Assembly: GCA_963775425.1 (NCBI GenBank)
Contig: CAVZJB010000011.1
Coordinates: 608,001-672,000 of the forward strand
Length of the DNA stretch: 64,000 nt
Reading direction: 5' to 3'
Origin: an uncultured delta proteobacterium
GTDB taxonomy: Bacteria > Myxococcota > UBA727 > VGSZ01
The notes under the pieces are model-generated. The model saw only the letters and a list, made by a program, of their open reading frames with translations. It made no database searches and was not told where the DNA came from. Each line of letters starts with the position of its first letter. The stretch's first letter is position 1. Below are positions 14,412-29,752 of the stretch, piece by piece. The translations under genes were made by a program, and so were the position numbers.

Positions 14412-15364
14412 CGACGTCGATGTCGCCCTCGGAGCCAAAAACGGCTGCGGCCAAAGCAGAACGCCACGGCGCGCGCATCGGGGTCCGGGGCTTCGCGGTG
14501 GTCGCGGTGCTCGCCGTCGGCGCCGTCGGGGCGCGCGCGCTCCCCGACCGAGACGCGCGCGACGACGAGAAGGCGGCGGTGGAGGCGCGCGCGAAGACCG
14601 TGCGGGCCACGCGCTCGCTGGCGCCGTTGCCGAAGGGGGTGGAGGCGGTGTCGGTGCACGACCCGTTCGACTCCGAGGACTGCAGCTCGTGTCACGCGTC
14701 GGACGACAAGGACAACCCCGGCGCCGTCGAGGACACGTCGAGCGCCCTGTGCCTCGGCTGTCACGACAATCCCGCCGCCGGCGTCAAGGGCGTGTTCCAC
14801 AAGCACGGCGGCGCCGGCGGCCGCTGCCTCGACTGCCACAACCCGCACAACTCGCTGCAGGAGCACCTGCTGCACGCGCCGCCGCAGAAGCTGTGCGCGA
14901 GCTGCCACGTCGACAAGGAGCGCGGCGCCTTCGAGCACCAACCCATCGAGGCGCCCGGATCGTGCACCAAGTGTCACACGCCGCACGGCTCCGCCACCGA
15001 CGCGCGCCTCCTGAGGTCGGCGTATCCCGCCACGTTCTACGCGCCCTACGTCCGCGGGGCGTACGCGCTCTGCTTCTCGTGCCACGACCCGAAGCTCGTG
15101 GAACAGGCCAAGACCACCACCGCCACGATGTTCAGGGACGGCGACAAGAACCTGCACACGGTGCACGTGATGCGCGACGACAAGGGGCGCTCCTGCGGCG
15201 CGTGCCACGACATGCACGCGGGCAAGCGCAGGAACCTCGTGCACGACGACGTCGCCTTCGGCAGCCATGGTTGGCGGCTGCCGCTCGGCTTCCGCCAGAC
15301 CGACGACGGCGGCAGCTGCGCGAGGACCTGCCACATGGCGCGCAGCTACTCCCGCCGGCGCTGA
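14408..15364 (+). CDS. Multiheme cytochrome c (7 CxxCH plus 1 Cx3CH), paired-CXXCH type
   Basis: N-terminal hydrophobic anchor; motifs CLDCHNPH, CTKCHTPH, FRDGDKNLHTVHV, CGACHDMH and GGSCARTCH. Confidence 0.88.
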
Positions 15365-15398
15365 GGAGCTGCGCACCGGCGCACGCTGAGCGGCGGCG

Positions 15399-16646
15399 TC
15401 AGGCGCTCTTCAGGCTGTCGCGCAACGTGCGGACGTCGTCCGACGACGGCGCCTGGTAGACGCGGAGGCCGAACTCGGAGGCGACAGCGATGATGTGGTC
15501 GAAGATGTCGGCCTGGATGCCCTCGTACTCCGCCCACACCGTCGTCGCCGTGAAGCAGTAGAGCTCGATCGGCAGGCCTTCGGCGACGGGCGCGAGCTGG
15601 CGCACCATGAGCGTGAACTTCTGCTGAATGCGCGGGTGCGCCTTCAAGTACGCGTAGACGTAGGCGCGGTACGTGCCGATGTTGGTGAGCCGGCGCAGGT
15701 TGGTGGCCACCGTGCGGGCCTCACCGGGGACGCCGGCGTTGGTGTCTTCGACGCCCCGCTCCTTGTCGACGACGTAGTCGTGGATGAGGCGGACGCCGCG
15801 CAACTGCTCGATCTCGTCGTCGCGCAGGTGACGGATGGACCCCTGGTCGACGAAGACGGCGCGCTTGATGCGCCGGCCGCCGGACTCGCTCATGGCCCGC
15901 CAATTCTTGAAGCCCTGGCTGATCAGCAAATACGTGGGGATGGTGGTGATGGTCTTGTCCCAGTTCTGTACCTTCACCGTGTGGAGCGCGATGTCGATGA
16001 CGTCGCCGTCGGCGCCGGCGCTCGGCATCTCGATCCAGTCGCCCACACGGATCATGTCGTTTCCCGCGAGCTGCACGCTGGCCACGAGGCCGAGGATGGT
16101 GTCTTTGAACACGAGGAGGAGCACCGCGGTCATGGCGCCGATGCCGCTCAGGAAGAGCAGCGGTGACTTGTCGGCGGCGGCGGCGATGGCGATCACGGTG
16201 GTCGCCGTCCACAGGAAGATGCGCGCGACCTGCACGTACCCTTTGATGGGGCGCGTGTGCGCCTCCGGCCGCATGCCGTAGATCTCCTGCCCGGCGTTCA
16301 GCGTCCCGTCGATCACGCGGGCGATGAGGATGACGAGGACGACGCTCAGGATGCGATCGACGACGGTGGCGAGCGTGCCCTGCAGCCTGAGCAGCCGCTC
16401 TCCGAGCCACACGGCGGCGAGCGGCATGAGGTGCACGATGCGGTGAAAGAGCCCCGAGCGCGCGAGCGCGTCGTCCCAGGTCACCCGCGTCCTGCTCACG
16501 AAGCGATGGAGGGTTCGGCGCAGGATCACGCCGAGCGTGAGGTGCAGGACCACCGCGCCGAGGGAGACCACCGCGAGCGCGACGAGGTCGGCCGCGACGC
16601 CGTGGATACCGAGGGAATCCGCTTGTGCTCGCCAGTCCCATTCCAT
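15399..16646 (-). CDS. MscS-family mechanosensitive channel (YbdG-like)
   Basis: Motifs PIKGYVQ, GAMTAVLLLVFKDTILGLVASVQL, GDWIEMP, TVKVQNWDKT, GGRRIKR and YEGIQADIFDH. Confidence 0.95.
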   Translation of the reverse strand: MEWDWRAQADSLGIHGVAADLVALAVVSLGAVVLHLTLGVILRRTLHRFVSRTRVTWDDALARSGLFHRIVHLMPLAAVWLGERLLRLQGTLATVVDRILSVVLVILIARVIDGTLNAGQEIYGMRPEAHTRPIKGYVQVARIFLWTATTVIAIAAAADKSPLLFLSGIGAMTAVLLLVFKDTILGLVASVQLAGNDMIRVGDWIEMPSAGADGDVIDIALHTVKVQNWDKTITTIPTYLLISQGFKNWRAMSESGGRRIKRAVFVDQGSIRHLRDDEIEQLRGVRLIHDYVVDKERGVEDTNAGVPGEARTVATNLRRLTNIGTYRAYVYAYLKAHPRIQQKFTLMVRQLAPVAEGLPIELYCFTATTVWAEYEGIQADIFDHIIAVASEFGLRVYQAPSSDDVRTLRDSLKSA

Positions 16647-16813
16647 GGCCGGGATGATGCCCGGACCCGGCCGCGACGTCGAACACGCGGAGCTCCAAGG
16701 ATCGGTCGCGCCGGGAGGGCTCAGCTGCTCGCCGCGTCACGCTTCGAGGCAGCGCACGGAGGCCGTGCCCGACGACGGCGATGCGCGCTACCCTTCATGT
16801 CCCGGGGAAGCAC

Positions 16814-19800
16814 ATGCGCAGCATCGTCATCATCGCCACCCTGCTCGCGGGCGCGGACGCGCTCGCGGCCGACATCCACTGGGGCAGCGCCCAGAGCGGG
16901 TCGTTCGACGTGGCCGGCAACTGGGCCGAGGGCGTCGTCCCCGGCGCCGGCGACAACGCCGTCATCGACGCCACGGGCGCGGCGTACACGGTGGATCTTG
17001 GGCCCAGCAAGACCGTCGGCGGCCTGGTGGTGCAAAGCGCCGACGCGCTCGTCGAGCTCACCGGCAGCAACGCCAACGGCAGCGTCGTCATCACCGCCGC
17101 CGGCGGCGTCGACGTCGAGGCAGGGACCCTCCTGTTGCAGTCGCAGAACACCACCTTTGCGTCGAACCTCACCGCGGGCGGCGCGGGTATCACCGTCGGC
17201 GTCGACGGCACGCTCCGGGTCGGCCGCGGGAGCGGAGGGACCCGGGTGATCTCGGGGGATCTGCACTCCACGGGAACGGTGCAGATCGCGGTCAACACGA
17301 CCCTGTCGAAGCCCGACGGCGTCTACATCAACGAGGGGACGTTCCTGGTGCAGGACGCGGCCGCCGGGGGCACCGCGGTGCTCAACGTCGGCGGCGGCCA
17401 GACCTTCGTGCAGCAGGCGGGCACCCTGACCACGCCGCAAGGCGCCCCGAGCGCGAGCTTCGGCATCGTCGACGCCGTCGGCGGCACCTTCGACTTCGAG
17501 GGCGGCGACGTGATCGGCCAGCAGCGCATCCGCACCACGGGCGCGCTCGTCGTCGGGGCCGCCTCCGAGGGCCAGGGCTCGTTCTTGCTCGGTGGCTCGG
17601 CGACGCTCACGGGCGACGTCCACGCGGCGCAGAGCGTCCTCATCCAGGGCAACAACACCACCGGCGGCACCACGGTCCTGGCCACGGGGGACGTGCGCGT
17701 CGACGGCACGGTGCGCATCGTGTCCGCCAACACCAGCTTCAATTCCGACCTCGACATGGGCGGACACGTCCTCACCGTGGGCGCCGGCGGCACGCTCTCG
17801 CTGGAAAACGGCAGCGGCGGCGCGCGCTCCGTGATCGGCAGCATCACCAACGAGGGCACCGTCGCCGTGTCCGTCACCTCCACCCTGCCCGCCGGGTCGG
17901 CCGTCTACACCAACCGCGGGCAATGGAACGTCACCGCGGGCACGCTCACGCTCCAAAACGGCGGCGCGTTCCGCCTGGAGGACGGCGAGCTCGCCGTCGC
18001 CGGCGGCGCCGTCAACGTCGACACGGGCTCCTTCACGATGACCGGCGGACAGGTCACCGGCCAGCCGCGCATCCGCGGCGCCACGCTCACCATCGACGGC
18101 GCCGACGGCGCCGGCGGCGCCGCGTCGTTCCTCGTCGGCGCGTTGGGCAACACGCAGCCGCACCTCGGGGGGACGGTGCACGCAGGTCAGCAGGTCCTCG
18201 TCTCCGGACAGAACCTCACGGCCTCCACCACGGCGGTCGCCACCGGGGACCTCGTCGTCGACGGCCTGCTGACGCTGCGGTCGGCGGACACGAATTTCAC
18301 GTCGAGCCTCGACCTGGCAGGGCACACCTTGCGCGTGCGCTCCGGCGGCACCCTGTCGATCGAAGCCGGCAGCGGCGGCGTGCGCACCATCCTCGGCGAC
18401 ATCCAAAACGACGGCACCGTCACGACGTCGTTCTCGGCGTCGCTGTCGAAACCCGGGGCGACGTACGAAAATCGCGGCACGTGGGACGTCAACGGCGGCA
18501 CGCTCACGGTCTCGGGGGGCACGTTCGAGCTCGCCGGTGGCGACGTCACCGCGCCGGCGGCGTTCAACGTCGACGGCGGCACGTTTCACATGAGCGGCGG
18601 AACGGTGTCCGCGGGCAGGCCGCGCGTCCGTGGGTCCACGCTGTCCATCGACGCGGCGGCGGACGGCAGTGCGCGCTTCCTCATCGGTGCGCTCGGCAAC
18701 ACCCAACCGCACATCGCCGGCACCATCCACGCCGAGCAGGACGTGAAGCTGAGCGGCCAGAACATCACCGCGAACACCGTCGCCGTCGCCGACTCCGATG
18801 TGATCGTCGACGGCCTCCTGACGCTGCGGTCGGAGAACACGAACTTCACCTCGAGCCTCGACATGGGCGGCAACACGCTCTTCGTCGGAGCCGGCGGCAC
18901 CGTGTCCCTGGAGAACGGGTCCGGCGGCGCGCGGTCGATCTTCGGCAACATCGAAAACGACGGCACCGTCGACGTCTCCTTCACCTCCACGATGCCCACC
19001 GGCGGAGCGACGTACGCCAACCGCGGCGTGTGGAACGTGTCGGGCGTCCTCACCGTCACCGGCGGGGACTTCCTTCAGGAGGACGGCGACGTCACGGTCT
19101 CGGGCGTGATGAACGTCGACACCAGCAGCTTCCTGATGACCGGCGGCACGGTGAGCGCGGGCCGGCCAATCATCCGCGGGTCGACGCTCGACATCGATCC
19201 GGGCGCGGGGGGCGCCGCGCGCTTCCTGCTCGGTGCGCTCGGCGGAACCCAGCCGACGCTGTCGGGGGAGATCCACGCCAGCCAGGACGTGAAGCTCAGC
19301 GGTCAGAACGTCACCGCCAGCACCGTCGCGGTCGCGGGCAGCGACGTCGTCGTCGGCGGCCTGCTGACGCTGCGCTCGGAGAACTCCAATTTCACGTCGA
19401 GCCTCGACCTGAAGGACCACACGCTCTTGGTCGAGAGCACGGGACGGGTCTCAATCGAGAACGGCTCGGGCGGCGCGCGCTCCATCTTCGGGAACATCGA
19501 AAACGACGGCGTCGTCGACGTCTCCTTCTCGTCGAGCATGCCCACCGTCGACGCCGTGTATACGAACCGAGGCACGTGGAACGTGTCGGGCAACGCCCTG
19601 ACCATCACGTCGGGGCGCTTCGAGCTCGAAGCGGGCAGGCTCTCAGTAGCGGGCGCGGGCGCGCTCAACTTCGACGCGGGCACGTTCCACATGAGCGGAG
19701 GCACCGTCACAGGCCAGCCGCGCATCCGGGGCTCCACGCTCGACATCGGGCCCAACGCGCGCGCGGCGGCGTCGTTCCTGGTGGGGGCGCTCGGGGCGCG

Positions 19801-22800
19801 ACAGCCGCACCTCGCCGGCACCGTGCACGCGGCGCAGAGCGTCAAGATCTCGGGCCAGAACATCACGGCGAACACCGTCGCGGTCGCCGACGGCGACCTC
19901 CACGTGAACGGGTCGTTGGTCATCCGTTCGGAGAACACGAACTTCACCTCATCGCTCGATCTCGCCGGGCACACGCTCTTCGTCGACGAATTCGGCACCG
20001 TCTCCCTCGAAAACGGCAGCGGTGGCGCGCGCTCCATCCTCGGCAGCATCGTGAACGACGGCGTGGTGTCCGTCTCGTTCACCTCCGCGATGCCCAAGGC
20101 CGGCGCGGTCTACACGAACCGCGGCACGTGGGACGTCTCGGGCACCCTCACCCTCTCGAACGGCGCGTTTCAGCACGACGGCGGCACGGTGTCCGTGACG
20201 GGCGCGTTCAACGTCGACGCCAGCACCTTCACGATGACCGGCGGCACCGTCACGGGCCGCCCCCGCATCCGCGGCTCCACGCTCACCATCGACGCCGCCG
20301 CCACGGGCGCGGCGCCGTTCCTCGTCGGCGCCCTCGGCCAGACGCAGCCGCACGTCGCCGGCGAGATCCACGAGGGGCAGGATGTGCTCATCACGGGGCA
20401 GAACATCACGAACAACACGGTCGCCCTGGCCGACAGCGACCTCGTCGTCGACGGGCTCCTGAGTTTGCGCTCGGAGAACACCAACTTGACGTCGAGCCTG
20501 GACATGAACGGGCACGTCCTTGACGTCACCGAGACGGGTCGCGTCTCCCTCGAGAACGGCTCCGGCGGCGCGCGCTCCATCTTCGGCGACGTCACCAACG
20601 CCGGCACCTTCGACGTCTCGTTCACCAGCAGCCTGCCGCGCGCCGGAGGAACCATCATCAACCGGGGCACGTGGAACGTTGCCGCGCCCTTCACCATCAC
20701 GGGCAGCGGCACCACGGTGCGGCTCGAGGGTGGAGCCTTCAACGTCCAAAACGGCGGCGCGGCCAACGTCGACGGCTGCACCACCCTCGTCCTCGGCGGC
20801 ACCGTGACCGGGGTGCCGCGCATCCGCGCGGGCTCGCTGCAGATCGACGCCGGGGCGGTGGAGCCCGTCGCGTTCCTCGTCGGCGCCCTCGGCGGCGCGC
20901 AGCCGCACCTGCAGGGCGTCATCCACGCCGGTCAGACCGTCGAGATCAGCGGACAGAACATCACCGCGAACACCGTCGCCGCCGCCGACGACGACGTCGT
21001 GGTGCAAGGCCTCCTCTTCATCCGCTCGGAGAACACCAACTTCACGTCGCAGCTCGACATGGGGGCGCACACGCTGCTCATCGACGGCGGCACCGTGCGC
21101 ACCGAAAACGGCAGCGGCGGCGCGCGCGGCATCCTGGGCGACATCGAGAACCACGGCCGGCTGGAGACCGACTTCACGAGCGCCTACCAGGGCGGCACGC
21201 TGCTCAACGACGTCGACGGCGTCATCGCCGGCAACGCGCGCATGAACCTCGCCGACGCGTTCTCGAACGCGGGCACCTTCGCGCCGGGGACGGCCGGCGC
21301 GCACGGCACGCTGACGGTGAGCAAGGGCGTCGACGTCACGGGCCTCGCCACGCGCATCGGCGGGTCAGGCGCCGGGCAGCTCGACGTGCTGAACGTCCTC
21401 GGCGCCGTCACGCTGTCCGGCAAGATCAGCGTCGCGCTCGACCCGGGGTTCGTCCCCGTCGAGGGCAACGTGTTCACCGTGTTGACCGCGTCGAGCGTCG
21501 CCGGGGCGTTCGCCGACTTCGCGGGCACCGACATCGCGCGCGGCCTCTCGTTCGCGGTGAAGGTCAACGCCACCAACGTTCAGCTCGTGGCCACGCGCGT
21601 GTCGTCGTTCCTCGTGGAGGCGCTGTCTTCCCCCGTGTCCGGCGAGCCGTTCGACATCCGGGTGACGGCCCTCGACACCAACGACGCCGTCGACACCGGC
21701 TACACGGGCGACATCTTCGTCACCGCGGACAATCCCTTCTCCACGCTCGCGCCGCCGGGCCAGGGCCCGATCTCGATCATCGCGGCGGACCAGGGTGTCC
21801 ACACCGTCACGGGCCTCGTGCTCAAGCGCGCCGGCCAGACGACGCTCCTCGTCACCGATCCGTCGGTGCCCCCGCCGGGGCTCGACGGCCCGCTCGTCGT
21901 CGACGTCGCGCCCGCGGTGCAGGGGAACGCGCCGCGCCTCGTGGTCACCGGTGTGACCGACGCTCAGTTCCTGAGCGCGCCCGTCACCTTCACCGCCACC
22001 ATCGCCTCCGACGACCCGCTGGCGTCGTCGTCGCTCGCGCTCGACATCGACACCCCGCTCGACGCGGGGACGCCGGTGACCGTGAGCGCGGAGGGACCCC
22101 ACGCCGTCACCATGAGCGCCACGGACATCGCCGGGCGCAACGGCAGCGACGCGCTGTCGTTCGTCATCGACCTCACGCCGCCGCTCGTCACCGTCAACGG
22201 CGTCACCCCCGGGCTGGTGTCGCAGGTGCCGGTGACGGTGAGCGTGGCCGTGGACGACGACAACCCCGACCCGGCGTCGCTCGTCGTCACCGTCGACGGC
22301 GCGCCGCTCCCCGCGGGCGGCGTCGTCTCCGCCGACGGCGCCCACGTCGTGGTCGCGACCGCTACCGACCTCGCCGGCAACACCACCACGGAGACGGTGC
22401 CGTTCATCATCGACACCTCCGCGCCGGTGATCACCTTCAGCGGCTTCACGCAGGGCGCCGCCATCAACCCGACCGTGGTGCGTCCCGTCATCACCATCAC
22501 CGACGACACGCCGGTCACGTCCACCGCCACGCTCGACGACAAGCCGTTCATCCCCGGGGAGCTCGTGGGCGACGGCGGCCACGTCCTCGCCGTCCACGCG
22601 GAGGACGCCCTCGGCCACCCCGCGGACGCGAGCGCCGTCTTCACGGTGGACAGCATCGCGCCGCAGGTCACGATCACGGGCGTGTCCGACGGTGGGCGCT
22701 TCGCTTCGGGCGTGGCGGCGTTCGTGGATGTGCAGGACGCGCACTTGTCCAGCGCCGCGGTCACGCTCGACGGCGCAACGTACGTCGACGGGACGCCGAT

Positions 22801-25408
22801 CGACGAGCCCGGCGATCACGTGCTCGCGGTCCACGCTGTCGACGGCGCCGGCCACGTCACCGACGTCACCGTCCGCTTCAACGTCGCGGCCAACGTGCCC
22901 AACATCTTCATCACCGGCGTCGACGAGGGCGTCACGTACAGCCAGCCGGTGCTGCCGGTGATCACCACGGACGATCCGACCGCCCTCGTGGTGGTCACGC
23001 TCGACGACCTCCCCTACGACGGCGGCGAGATCGGCGCCGACGGCAAGCACACGCTCCACGTGGAGGCCGAAAACGCCGCCGGCACGGCGTCGCGCGACGT
23101 CCGCTTCACCATCGACGGCACGCCGCCCGACCTCGTCATCACCGGCGTCGTCGACGGCGGTGTCTACCGCGACCCGGTCACGCCCGACGTTCAGCTGTCC
23201 ACCGGTGACACCCGCGCCATCACCGCCACGCTCGACGACGGCGACTTCCTCCTCGGCACGGAGGTGTCCGCCGCGGGCACCCACGTGCTGGTGGTGGTGG
23301 TCACCGACGCCGCGGGCAACGAGGCGCGTGCGCAGGTGACCTTCACCATCGATCCTTCCGCGCCCTCGCTGGCCATCCTCGGCGTGAGCGACGGCGAGGT
23401 GGTCAACCACGACGTCACCCTCGACGTCGCCGCCGCGCTCGATCCGGGCATCCACGCGGAGCTCGTGACCACGATGACGCTCGACGGTGAGGACTTCGTC
23501 CCCGGCACCGTCGTGTCGGCCCCCTCTGCGGTCACCGGCGGTCCCGGCGCCAACGACGGGCGCCACCAGGTGCGCGCGGTGGCTTTCGTCGACGACGTCG
23601 AGAGCGCCGTCGCCGGCCTGAGCTTCGCCATCGACACGGTGGCGCCGTCGGTGTCGGTGACGGGCGTCGTCGACGGAGAGGTGGCCCGGGGGCCGCTCGC
23701 GCCCGCGTTCACCGTCGACGACGCGTTCCCGGGTCCGGTGTTGGCCACGCTCGACGGCGCGCCGTTCGACTCGGGCGCGGAGGTCTCCGACGAGGGCGCG
23801 CACGTGCTCGTCGTCGACGCCGCCGACCTCGCGGGAAACGAGACCGTGGTGACCGTCTCCTTCTTCGTCGATCAAACCCCGCCCACGGTGGCCATCACGT
23901 TCCCCGCAGACGGTGCGTTCCTGCCGCCGCCGGTGGTCCCCGTGGCGGAGGCCGCCGACGACCACCCGGGCACGTTGGTGCTCGACGTCGACGGTGTGCT
24001 GCTCGGCGCCGATGGCGCGGTCTCCACTGCGGGGACCCACGTCTTGCACGCAAAGGCCGTGGACCTCGCCGGGAACACCGCGGTTGCGTCGGTGACGTTC
24101 ACGGTGGTGGTGTCCACGCCGCCGGACATCCTCGTCACCAGGCTCGGCGAGCCCGCGACGGGCGATCGCGTCACGCTGTACGACGAGGGTGGCGCCCGCG
24201 TGGTGCTCGACACCGCGCTCGGCGCGCTGACCGACGGGGAGGTCACGGGCAGCGTCGACGACGCGGGCAAGGCGCAGCTCGGCGCCGTGCCTCCGGGGCG
24301 GTACCGCGCGCGCATCGAGCACATCTGGCAGCGCTTCTTCACCGGGGCGTTCGACGTCCCCGGCGGAACGGTGCTGTTCGACGTCCCCGACGAGCCCGCG
24401 TACGCCGCGGTGCTCTACGTCGACCCCGCGGGCGGCGACGACGGCGCCGACGGCTCGGCGACGGCGCCGTTCGCCACGCTCGTTCACGCCGTCGACGTCG
24501 CCACGAGCGGCGGGGCGGCGGCGGTGTTCCACTCGGTGATCAAGGTCGCCGGCGGGACGGTGGCGGCGCCTACGGACGGGAGCGGTCGCGTGGTGTTGCC
24601 GCGCGGGCTGAGCGTGCGCGGCGGGCACCGCGCGGGCTCGTGGGTGTTCTCGCCGGCCGATCAGGTCACCGTCATCGCCGGCGGTGTCGACGTCGGTGAC
24701 GACGCCGAGCTGCTCGACGTCACGGTGCAGGACGCGACGGGCGCCGGCGTGCACGCGACGGGGAGCAGCCTGGTGCGCGACGTGAAAGTGCTCGGGGCGG
24801 CGGGCGACGGCGTCGTGTTCGACGACACCGACCTGGCGTTGGCGGCCAACGACCTCGTCGACGGCGCCGGCGGCGACGGCGTCGTCGTGAACGGCGCGGG
24901 CGTCGGCCTCGAGAACCTCACCATCGTCGACGCCGCGGGAGCGGGTCTGCGGCAGGGCAGCGCGAGCGTGGCGCGCAGCATCGCCACCGGGAGCACCGGG
25001 GACGACGTCGTCGGTGACGCCGCCGGCGACGCGGCGCGCGTGGTGAGCGACGGCGTGGTGTTCGTCGCGGGCCCGCTGCACGCGCGCTACCTGGCGCAGG
25101 CGCGCGGGGGCCAGGACAACGACAGCGCGGGCGTCGACGCCGCCGCCGAGGACGCGGGCTTGCTCGATCTGCGCGGGCGCACCACCAGCGTGCGCGGCAA
25201 CCCCGACGTCGGTGCCGCGGACTTCGGGTACCACGCGTGGCCGGTGGTGCCCGCGCTCGCGTCGCCGCCGCCCCCGCCGCCTGCGGCGCCGCCGTCGTGC
25301 GGCTGCTCGGGAGCCGGTGGCCCTTCGGCGGCGCTCCCGTTCGTGGCGCTGCTCGGGGGGCTGTTGCTGTGTTGCCGTCGCCGCACGGGGGGCCGTTTGG
25401 GGCGGTAG
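16814..25408 (+). CDS. Giant repetitive cell-surface protein (beta-helix-like repeats, Ig-like repeats, MYXO-CTERM-like anchor)
   Basis: Signal peptide [18 protein letters not shown]; 7-8 repeats of about 183 aa; 9 Ig-like repeats of about 80 aa (DxxxP...G.H...V.A.D.AGN); YVDPAGGDD...PFATL motif; C-terminal Pro run, SCGC, TM segment, RRR. Confidence 0.85.
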   Translation: MRSIVIIATLLAGADALAADIHWGSAQSGSFDVAGNWAEGVVPGAGDNAVIDATGAAYTVDLGPSKTVGGLVVQSADALVELTGSNANGSVVITAAGGVDVEAGTLLLQSQNTTFASNLTAGGAGITVGVDGTLRVGRGSGGTRVISGDLHSTGTVQIAVNTTLSKPDGVYINEGTFLVQDAAAGGTAVLNVGGGQTFVQQAGTLTTPQGAPSASFGIVDAVGGTFDFEGGDVIGQQRIRTTGALVVGAASEGQGSFLLGGSATLTGDVHAAQSVLIQGNNTTGGTTVLATGDVRVDGTVRIVSANTSFNSDLDMGGHVLTVGAGGTLSLENGSGGARSVIGSITNEGTVAVSVTSTLPAGSAVYTNRGQWNVTAGTLTLQNGGAFRLEDGELAVAGGAVNVDTGSFTMTGGQVTGQPRIRGATLTIDGADGAGGAASFLVGALGNTQPHLGGTVHAGQQVLVSGQNLTASTTAVATGDLVVDGLLTLRSADTNFTSSLDLAGHTLRVRSGGTLSIEAGSGGVRTILGDIQNDGTVTTSFSASLSKPGATYENRGTWDVNGGTLTVSGGTFELAGGDVTAPAAFNVDGGTFHMSGGTVSAGRPRVRGSTLSIDAAADGSARFLIGALGNTQPHIAGTIHAEQDVKLSGQNITANTVAVADSDVIVDGLLTLRSENTNFTSSLDMGGNTLFVGAGGTVSLENGSGGARSIFGNIENDGTVDVSFTSTMPTGGATYANRGVWNVSGVLTVTGGDFLQEDGDVTVSGVMNVDTSSFLMTGGTVSAGRPIIRGSTLDIDPGAGGAARFLLGALGGTQPTLSGEIHASQDVKLSGQNVTASTVAVAGSDVVVGGLLTLRSENSNFTSSLDLKDHTLLVESTGRVSIENGSGGARSIFGNIENDGVVDVSFSSSMPTVDAVYTNRGTWNVSGNALTITSGRFELEAGRLSVAGAGALNFDAGTFHMSGGTVTGQPRIRGSTLDIGPNARAAASFLVGALGARQPHLAGTVHAAQSVKISGQNITANTVAVADGDLHVNGSLVIRSENTNFTSSLDLAGHTLFVDEFGTVSLENGSGGARSILGSIVNDGVVSVSFTSAMPKAGAVYTNRGTWDVSGTLTLSNGAFQHDGGTVSVTGAFNVDASTFTMTGGTVTGRPRIRGSTLTIDAAATGAAPFLVGALGQTQPHVAGEIHEGQDVLITGQNITNNTVALADSDLVVDGLLSLRSENTNLTSSLDMNGHVLDVTETGRVSLENGSGGARSIFGDVTNAGTFDVSFTSSLPRAGGTIINRGTWNVAAPFTITGSGTTVRLEGGAFNVQNGGAANVDGCTTLVLGGTVTGVPRIRAGSLQIDAGAVEPVAFLVGALGGAQPHLQGVIHAGQTVEISGQNITANTVAAADDDVVVQGLLFIRSENTNFTSQLDMGAHTLLIDGGTVRTENGSGGARGILGDIENHGRLETDFTSAYQGGTLLNDVDGVIAGNARMNLADAFSNAGTFAPGTAGAHGTLTVSKGVDVTGLATRIGGSGAGQLDVLNVLGAVTLSGKISVALDPGFVPVEGNVFTVLTASSVAGAFADFAGTDIARGLSFAVKVNATNVQLVATRVSSFLVEALSSPVSGEPFDIRVTALDTNDAVDTGYTGDIFVTADNPFSTLAPPGQGPISIIAADQGVHTVTGLVLKRAGQTTLLVTDPSVPPPGLDGPLVVDVAPAVQGNAPRLVVTGVTDAQFLSAPVTFTATIASDDPLASSSLALDIDTPLDAGTPVTVSAEGPHAVTMSATDIAGRNGSDALSFVIDLTPPLVTVNGVTPGLVSQVPVTVSVAVDDDNPDPASLVVTVDGAPLPAGGVVSADGAHVVVATATDLAGNTTTETVPFIIDTSAPVITFSGFTQGAAINPTVVRPVITITDDTPVTSTATLDDKPFIPGELVGDGGHVLAVHAEDALGHPADASAVFTVDSIAPQVTITGVSDGGRFASGVAAFVDVQDAHLSSAAVTLDGATYVDGTPIDEPGDHVLAVHAVDGAGHVTDVTVRFNVAANVPNIFITGVDEGVTYSQPVLPVITTDDPTALVVVTLDDLPYDGGEIGADGKHTLHVEAENAAGTASRDVRFTIDGTPPDLVITGVVDGGVYRDPVTPDVQLSTGDTRAITATLDDGDFLLGTEVSAAGTHVLVVVVTDAAGNEARAQVTFTIDPSAPSLAILGVSDGEVVNHDVTLDVAAALDPGIHAELVTTMTLDGEDFVPGTVVSAPSAVTGGPGANDGRHQVRAVAFVDDVESAVAGLSFAIDTVAPSVSVTGVVDGEVARGPLAPAFTVDDAFPGPVLATLDGAPFDSGAEVSDEGAHVLVVDAADLAGNETVVTVSFFVDQTPPTVAITFPADGAFLPPPVVPVAEAADDHPGTLVLDVDGVLLGADGAVSTAGTHVLHAKAVDLAGNTAVASVTFTVVVSTPPDILVTRLGEPATGDRVTLYDEGGARVVLDTALGALTDGEVTGSVDDAGKAQLGAVPPGRYRARIEHIWQRFFTGAFDVPGGTVLFDVPDEPAYAAVLYVDPAGGDDGADGSATAPFATLVHAVDVATSGGAAAVFHSVIKVAGGTVAAPTDGSGRVVLPRGLSVRGGHRAGSWVFSPADQVTVIAGGVDVGDDAELLDVTVQDATGAGVHATGSSLVRDVKVLGAAGDGVVFDDTDLALAANDLVDGAGGDGVVVNGAGVGLENLTIVDAAGAGLRQGSASVARSIATGSTGDDVVGDAAGDAARVVSDGVVFVAGPLHARYLAQARGGQDNDSAGVDAAAEDAGLLDLRGRTTSVRGNPDVGAADFGYHAWPVVPALASPPPPPPAAPPSCGCSGAGGPSAALPFVALLGGLLLCCRRRTGGRLGR
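17500..21200 (+). repeat. Tandem intragenic repeats with a period of about 550 nt (boundaries approximate)
   Basis: Recurring [40 protein letters not shown] and [10 protein letters not shown] motifs. Confidence 0.9.
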
Positions 25409-25411
25409 GAT

Positions 25412-26949
<1,538 letters not shown>

Positions 26950-26953
<4 letters not shown>

Positions 26954-29730
26954 TACAATCACTGCCTGTGATCTCCGCCGTCACTCGCCGTTCGTCCCGC
27001 CACGCAATCGCCGCGCTGGCCGCCACGGCCGCGCTCTGCTCGTGCACCTATCGCTTCCAACGCACCCAGGACGTGCAGCCCGGCGACGTCGTCGGCCGCG
27101 CCCTCCACGCCGACGGCGGCGGCGACGCGGGCTTCGCGCGCATCACCGTCGACGGCGCCAACCTCGTGCGCCGCGCCAACAACGACGGCAGCTTCGTCAT
27201 CCGCGGGCTCAGCGAGGGCACCTGGCTTCTACGGTTCCAGGAAGATCAAAACGGCGACGGCCGCCTCGACCGCGCCGGCGTGCGCGCCGTGTCCCTCAAG
27301 AGCTTCACGGCGCCGGGCACCACCGGCGCGCAGCTCAGCTCCGTGCTCCTCGGAAACGTCCCCCTCGGCGGCGTGGTCACCGTCTCCGGCAGCGCCGCTC
27401 GTGACGACGGCGCGCCCCCGTCGGACAACGCCCGCGCGTTCGTGGTGCGCGGCGCCGCCGACCTCTCCCCCGAGGAGCTCGCGGGCGCGAGCCCGGCCTC
27501 GCTGGCGGGCACGGACGGCGTCGCCGAGGCCACGTCGGGCGTCGGCCCCGACGGCGCGTTCGTTTTGCCGGACATCGCGCCGGGGACGTTCCACCTCGTC
27601 GCGTTCGATCCCGGCGACGGCGAGCACCCGCCGGCGATGAGCGCGCCCGTCGCCGTCACCGCCGCCGCCGGCGGCGCCACCGACGCCGGCACGGTCCGGC
27701 TCGTGCCGGCGTCGGGCACCCGCAGCGTGCGCGTCACCACCGCGCTCACGGGCGAGACGTCGGGCGCGAGCGGCGCCGCGGCGACGGTGAAGCTCGTGCG
27801 CATCGGCGGCTCCCCGGCGCGCCCCGGCGACGTGCTCGCGAGCCTCGACACCACGCTCGCCGCCGCCATGGACCTCGAGGTGCCGCTCGGCGCGTTCGAC
27901 GTCTACGTCGACTCGGCGCCCGACGCGCCCGAGTTTCACGGCGCGCTCCTCGGGCAGCTCGCGTACAGCGGCCCCGAGGTCCTCCAGTGGGGCCTGCTCA
28001 CCATCCAGAGCGCCGACCCCTGCAACCCCATCGGCGACGTCGACCGCGACCAGGACGGGAAGGTCGGACTGCCTTTGCAGTCGTTGGCGCCCGAGCTGTG
28101 GGAGCAGTGCCTGGGCCCGTGCACGGTGTCGGGCGCCGCGCTCGCGCAGGCCACGTGCGACGCCGGCGGCCAGCGCTACGACTGCGACGACGACGGGGAC
28201 GGCCAGCCCGACGTGCTCGAGCCCGCGTGTTACGGGCTGTGCGCGGGCGCCGACCTCGACGAGGACGGCCGGTGCGATCGCTCGCAGGGCACGGTGGACC
28301 CGTGCAGCCCCTCGTGTGAGCCGGCGGACGCCGGCGTCGTCGTCGACGCGGGCCCCCAGGACGCGGGCTTCGAGGACGCGGGCCAGCCGCCGGTGCGGCT
28401 CGGCTGCTCGCAGCCGGGCGCCGTCCCCGCCGACGGCGTGGTGGCCGGCACCCTCGCGCCCGACGGCGCCGACGACGTCGACGGCTGCTTCGACCTCCTG
28501 GCGCCCGACGCCATCTTCTCGTTCAACGTCCCGCCCGACGGGCTCGCCACGCTGAACGCGAGCACCGCGGGCTCGACGTTCGACACCGTGCTGTCCGTGT
28601 ACCAGGGCGTGTGTGATCCGCAGAGCGCCCTCGGGTGCAACGACGACACCGGCGGGCCGCAGTCGCTCGTCACGGCCGCCGACGTCCCCGCGGGCGACGT
28701 GTTCTTCGTCGTCGAGGGCTACCGCGGCGCCACCGGCGACTACCGCCTCGAGGTGAGCGGCACCTACGCCCTCGGCGCCGCCTGCGATCCCGATCGCACC
28801 TCGCTCGTGTGCCCCGGCGGCGCCTGCGGCCCCGACGGCAACGGCGGCTTCGTCTGTCTCCCGCCGCGCGACTGCGCCGACGGCGTGGACGCCGACGGCG
28901 ACGGCCAGGCCGACGAGGACTCGTGCGTCCAGGCGCCGGTGGTCACCTGTCCCGACGACGTCGTGGTGACGGTGCTGAACCCTGCCACGCTGTCGGCGTC
29001 CGCCACCGACGACGTGCTCGTGGCCTCGCGGCGCTGGAGCATCGTGCAGGCGCCGACGGGCTCCACGGTGGCGCTCGAGGGGGGCACCAGCGACGACGTC
29101 TCCTTCACCCCGGTGCTCGTCGGCGACTATCGCCTGCGCTACGTCGCCGCCGACGACGCGGGGCAACTGTCGGCCTGCGAGGTGAAGGTCACGGCCACCA
29201 CCGACGACGCCCTCCGCGTGGAGCTGCTGTGGAACCTCGATGTCACCACCGGCGACGACACGGACCTCGATCTCCACCTGCTGCACGACGACGCCATCGC
29301 CGGCGGCGTCGGCTGGTTCGACAACGGCCTCGACTGCCACTTCGCCAATTGCCGCGCGGGCGGGCTGTCGTGGAACTTCAACGCCCTCGCGGTGGACCCG
29401 TCGCCGAGCCTCGACGTCGACGACCGCGACGGCCGCGGGCCCGAGAACATCAACATCAAGAGCCCCGAAGACCTCACCTATCGCATCGGCGTCCACTACT
29501 TCGCCGACAACGCGTTCGGTCCGTCCACGGCGCTGGTGAACGTGTTCTGCTTCGGAGACCTGGCGCAGAGCATCGTGTCGCCGGCGCCGCTCACCACGGA
29601 CCCGAGCGACCCCGCGCAGAACGACTTCTGGAAGGTCGCCGACGTCACCATCGACAACGCCTCTTCGTCGTGCACCGTCACCCCGCTCGGCGACGTCGTC
29701 ACCACCGCGCAGGCGCGGCTGGCGCCCTGA
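26950..29730 (+). CDS. Cys/Asp-rich multidomain surface lipoprotein (carboxypeptidase-regulatory-like, PPC-like, PKD-like and YfaP/DUF2135-like regions)
   Basis: ATGA overlap; lipobox ALCSC; DxDxDG repeats; FDTVLSVY...CNDD; DLDLHL...LDVDD...GPENINI...VHYF. Confidence 0.7.
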
Positions 29731-29752
29731 CGCGTTCGCCGCCGGGGCGCCG

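Noticed and set aside
17500-21200. CRISPR-like or non-coding repeat array
   Set aside because: The repeats are in-frame, about 550 nt long, vary at synonymous positions and have no spacer structure or cas genes.
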